From: Squalus acanthias
Lineage: Eukaryota
DNA length: 64,000 bases
Direction: 5' to 3'
Assembly (NCBI GenBank): GCA_030390025.1
Contig: CM059431.1
Coordinates: forward strand, 100,132,001 to 100,196,000
A program made the translations under genes and the position numbers. A model generated the notes under the pieces. It was given only the letters and a program-made list of their open reading frames with translations, searched no databases and was not told the origin of the DNA. The first letter of the stretch is position 1. Each line of letters begins with the position of its first letter. Below are positions 63,085-64,000 of the stretch, one piece after another.

Positions 63085-64000
63085 CTAGAAAGGAGAAGGC
63101 TGAGGGGTGACCTGATGGAGGTTTTTAAGACTATTGAAAGGGTTCGATAGGGTAGACGTAGAGAAGATGTTTCCACTTGTGGGGGAGACCAGAACTAGGG
63201 GCCATCAATATAAGATAGTCACTAATAGATCCAACAGGGAATTCAGGAGAAACTTCTTTACCCAGAGAGTGGTGAGAATGTGGAACTCGCTCCCACAGGG
63301 AGTGGTTGAGGCGAATAGTATAGATGCATTTAAGGGGAGGCTGGACAAGCATATGAGGGAGAAGGGAATAGAAGGTTGATGAAGTAACCTTGGTGTCATG
63401 TTTGACCCTGAAATGAGTTTCCGACCACATATCCGCAGCATAACAAAGACCGCCTATTTCTACCTCTGTAACATCGCCCGTCTTCGCCCTTGCCTCAGCT
63501 CATCCGCTGCTGAAACCCTTATCCATGCATTTGTTACCTCTAGACTTGACTATGCTAACGCACTCCTGGCCGGCCTCCCACATTCTACCCAAGTAAACTT
63601 GAGGTCATCCAAAATTCGGCTGCCCCGTGTCCTAACTCGCACCAAGTCCCGTTCACCCATCTCCCCTGTGCTTGCTGACCTAGATTGTCTCCCGGTTAAG
63701 CAGCACCTTGATTTCAAAATTCTCATCCTTGTTTTCAAATCCCTCCATGCCCTCGCCCCTCTCTATCTCTGTAACCTCCTTCAGCCCCACAACCCCCCCG
63801 AGATATCTGCGCTCCTCTAATTCTGCCCTCTTGAGCATCCCTGATTATAATCGCTCAACCATTGGTGGCCGTGCCTTCTGTTGCCTGGGCCCTAAGCTCT
63901 GGAATTCCCTGCCTAAACCTCTCCGCCTCTCGACCTCTCTTTCCTCCTTTAAGACGCTCCTTAAAACCTACCAAGCTTTTGGTCACCTGCCCTAATATCT
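63085..64000 (+). mobile_element. CR1 fragment (63085-63375) followed by an L2 3' region (63378-64000)
   Basis: FFTQRVVRMWNSLP; FDPEMSFRPHI..SRLDYANALL. Confidence 0.9.

Overview
Eukaryotic, very repeat-dense genomic DNA, most likely from a cartilaginous fish (shark); this is inferred from an HE1-type V-SINE, SacSINE1-like DeuSINEs and HER1/CR1 LINEs. The whole window lies inside one plus-strand gene, the sodium leak channel NALCN. Four coding exons are visible (3835-4002, 6532-6723, 8978-9115, 25415-25489) covering domain II S2-S6, including the TQEGW pore loop. The next exon is not in the remaining 38.5 kb. The introns are a nested patchwork of CR1, L2, Zenon-like and Vingi-like LINEs, DeuSINEs, PIF/Harbinger-type TIR elements and Penelope-like remnants. 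Nearly all other ORFs in the track are TE fragments or repeat artefacts. Most notable: (1) DeuSINEs carrying an internally amplified 33-bp minisatellite with variable copy number; (2) a three-copy Harbinger-type MITE family that conserves three hairpins (one with compensatory change), promoter-like motifs and two antisense micro-exon cassettes; (3) an unexplained ORF-bearing segment fused twice to the same point of the SINE tail; (4) several fold-back inverted duplications, one right beside the pore-loop exon; (5) a minimal hammerhead ribozyme core in a Penelope-like remnant. Family names come from recalled consensus motifs, not database searches, and TE boundaries are approximate.
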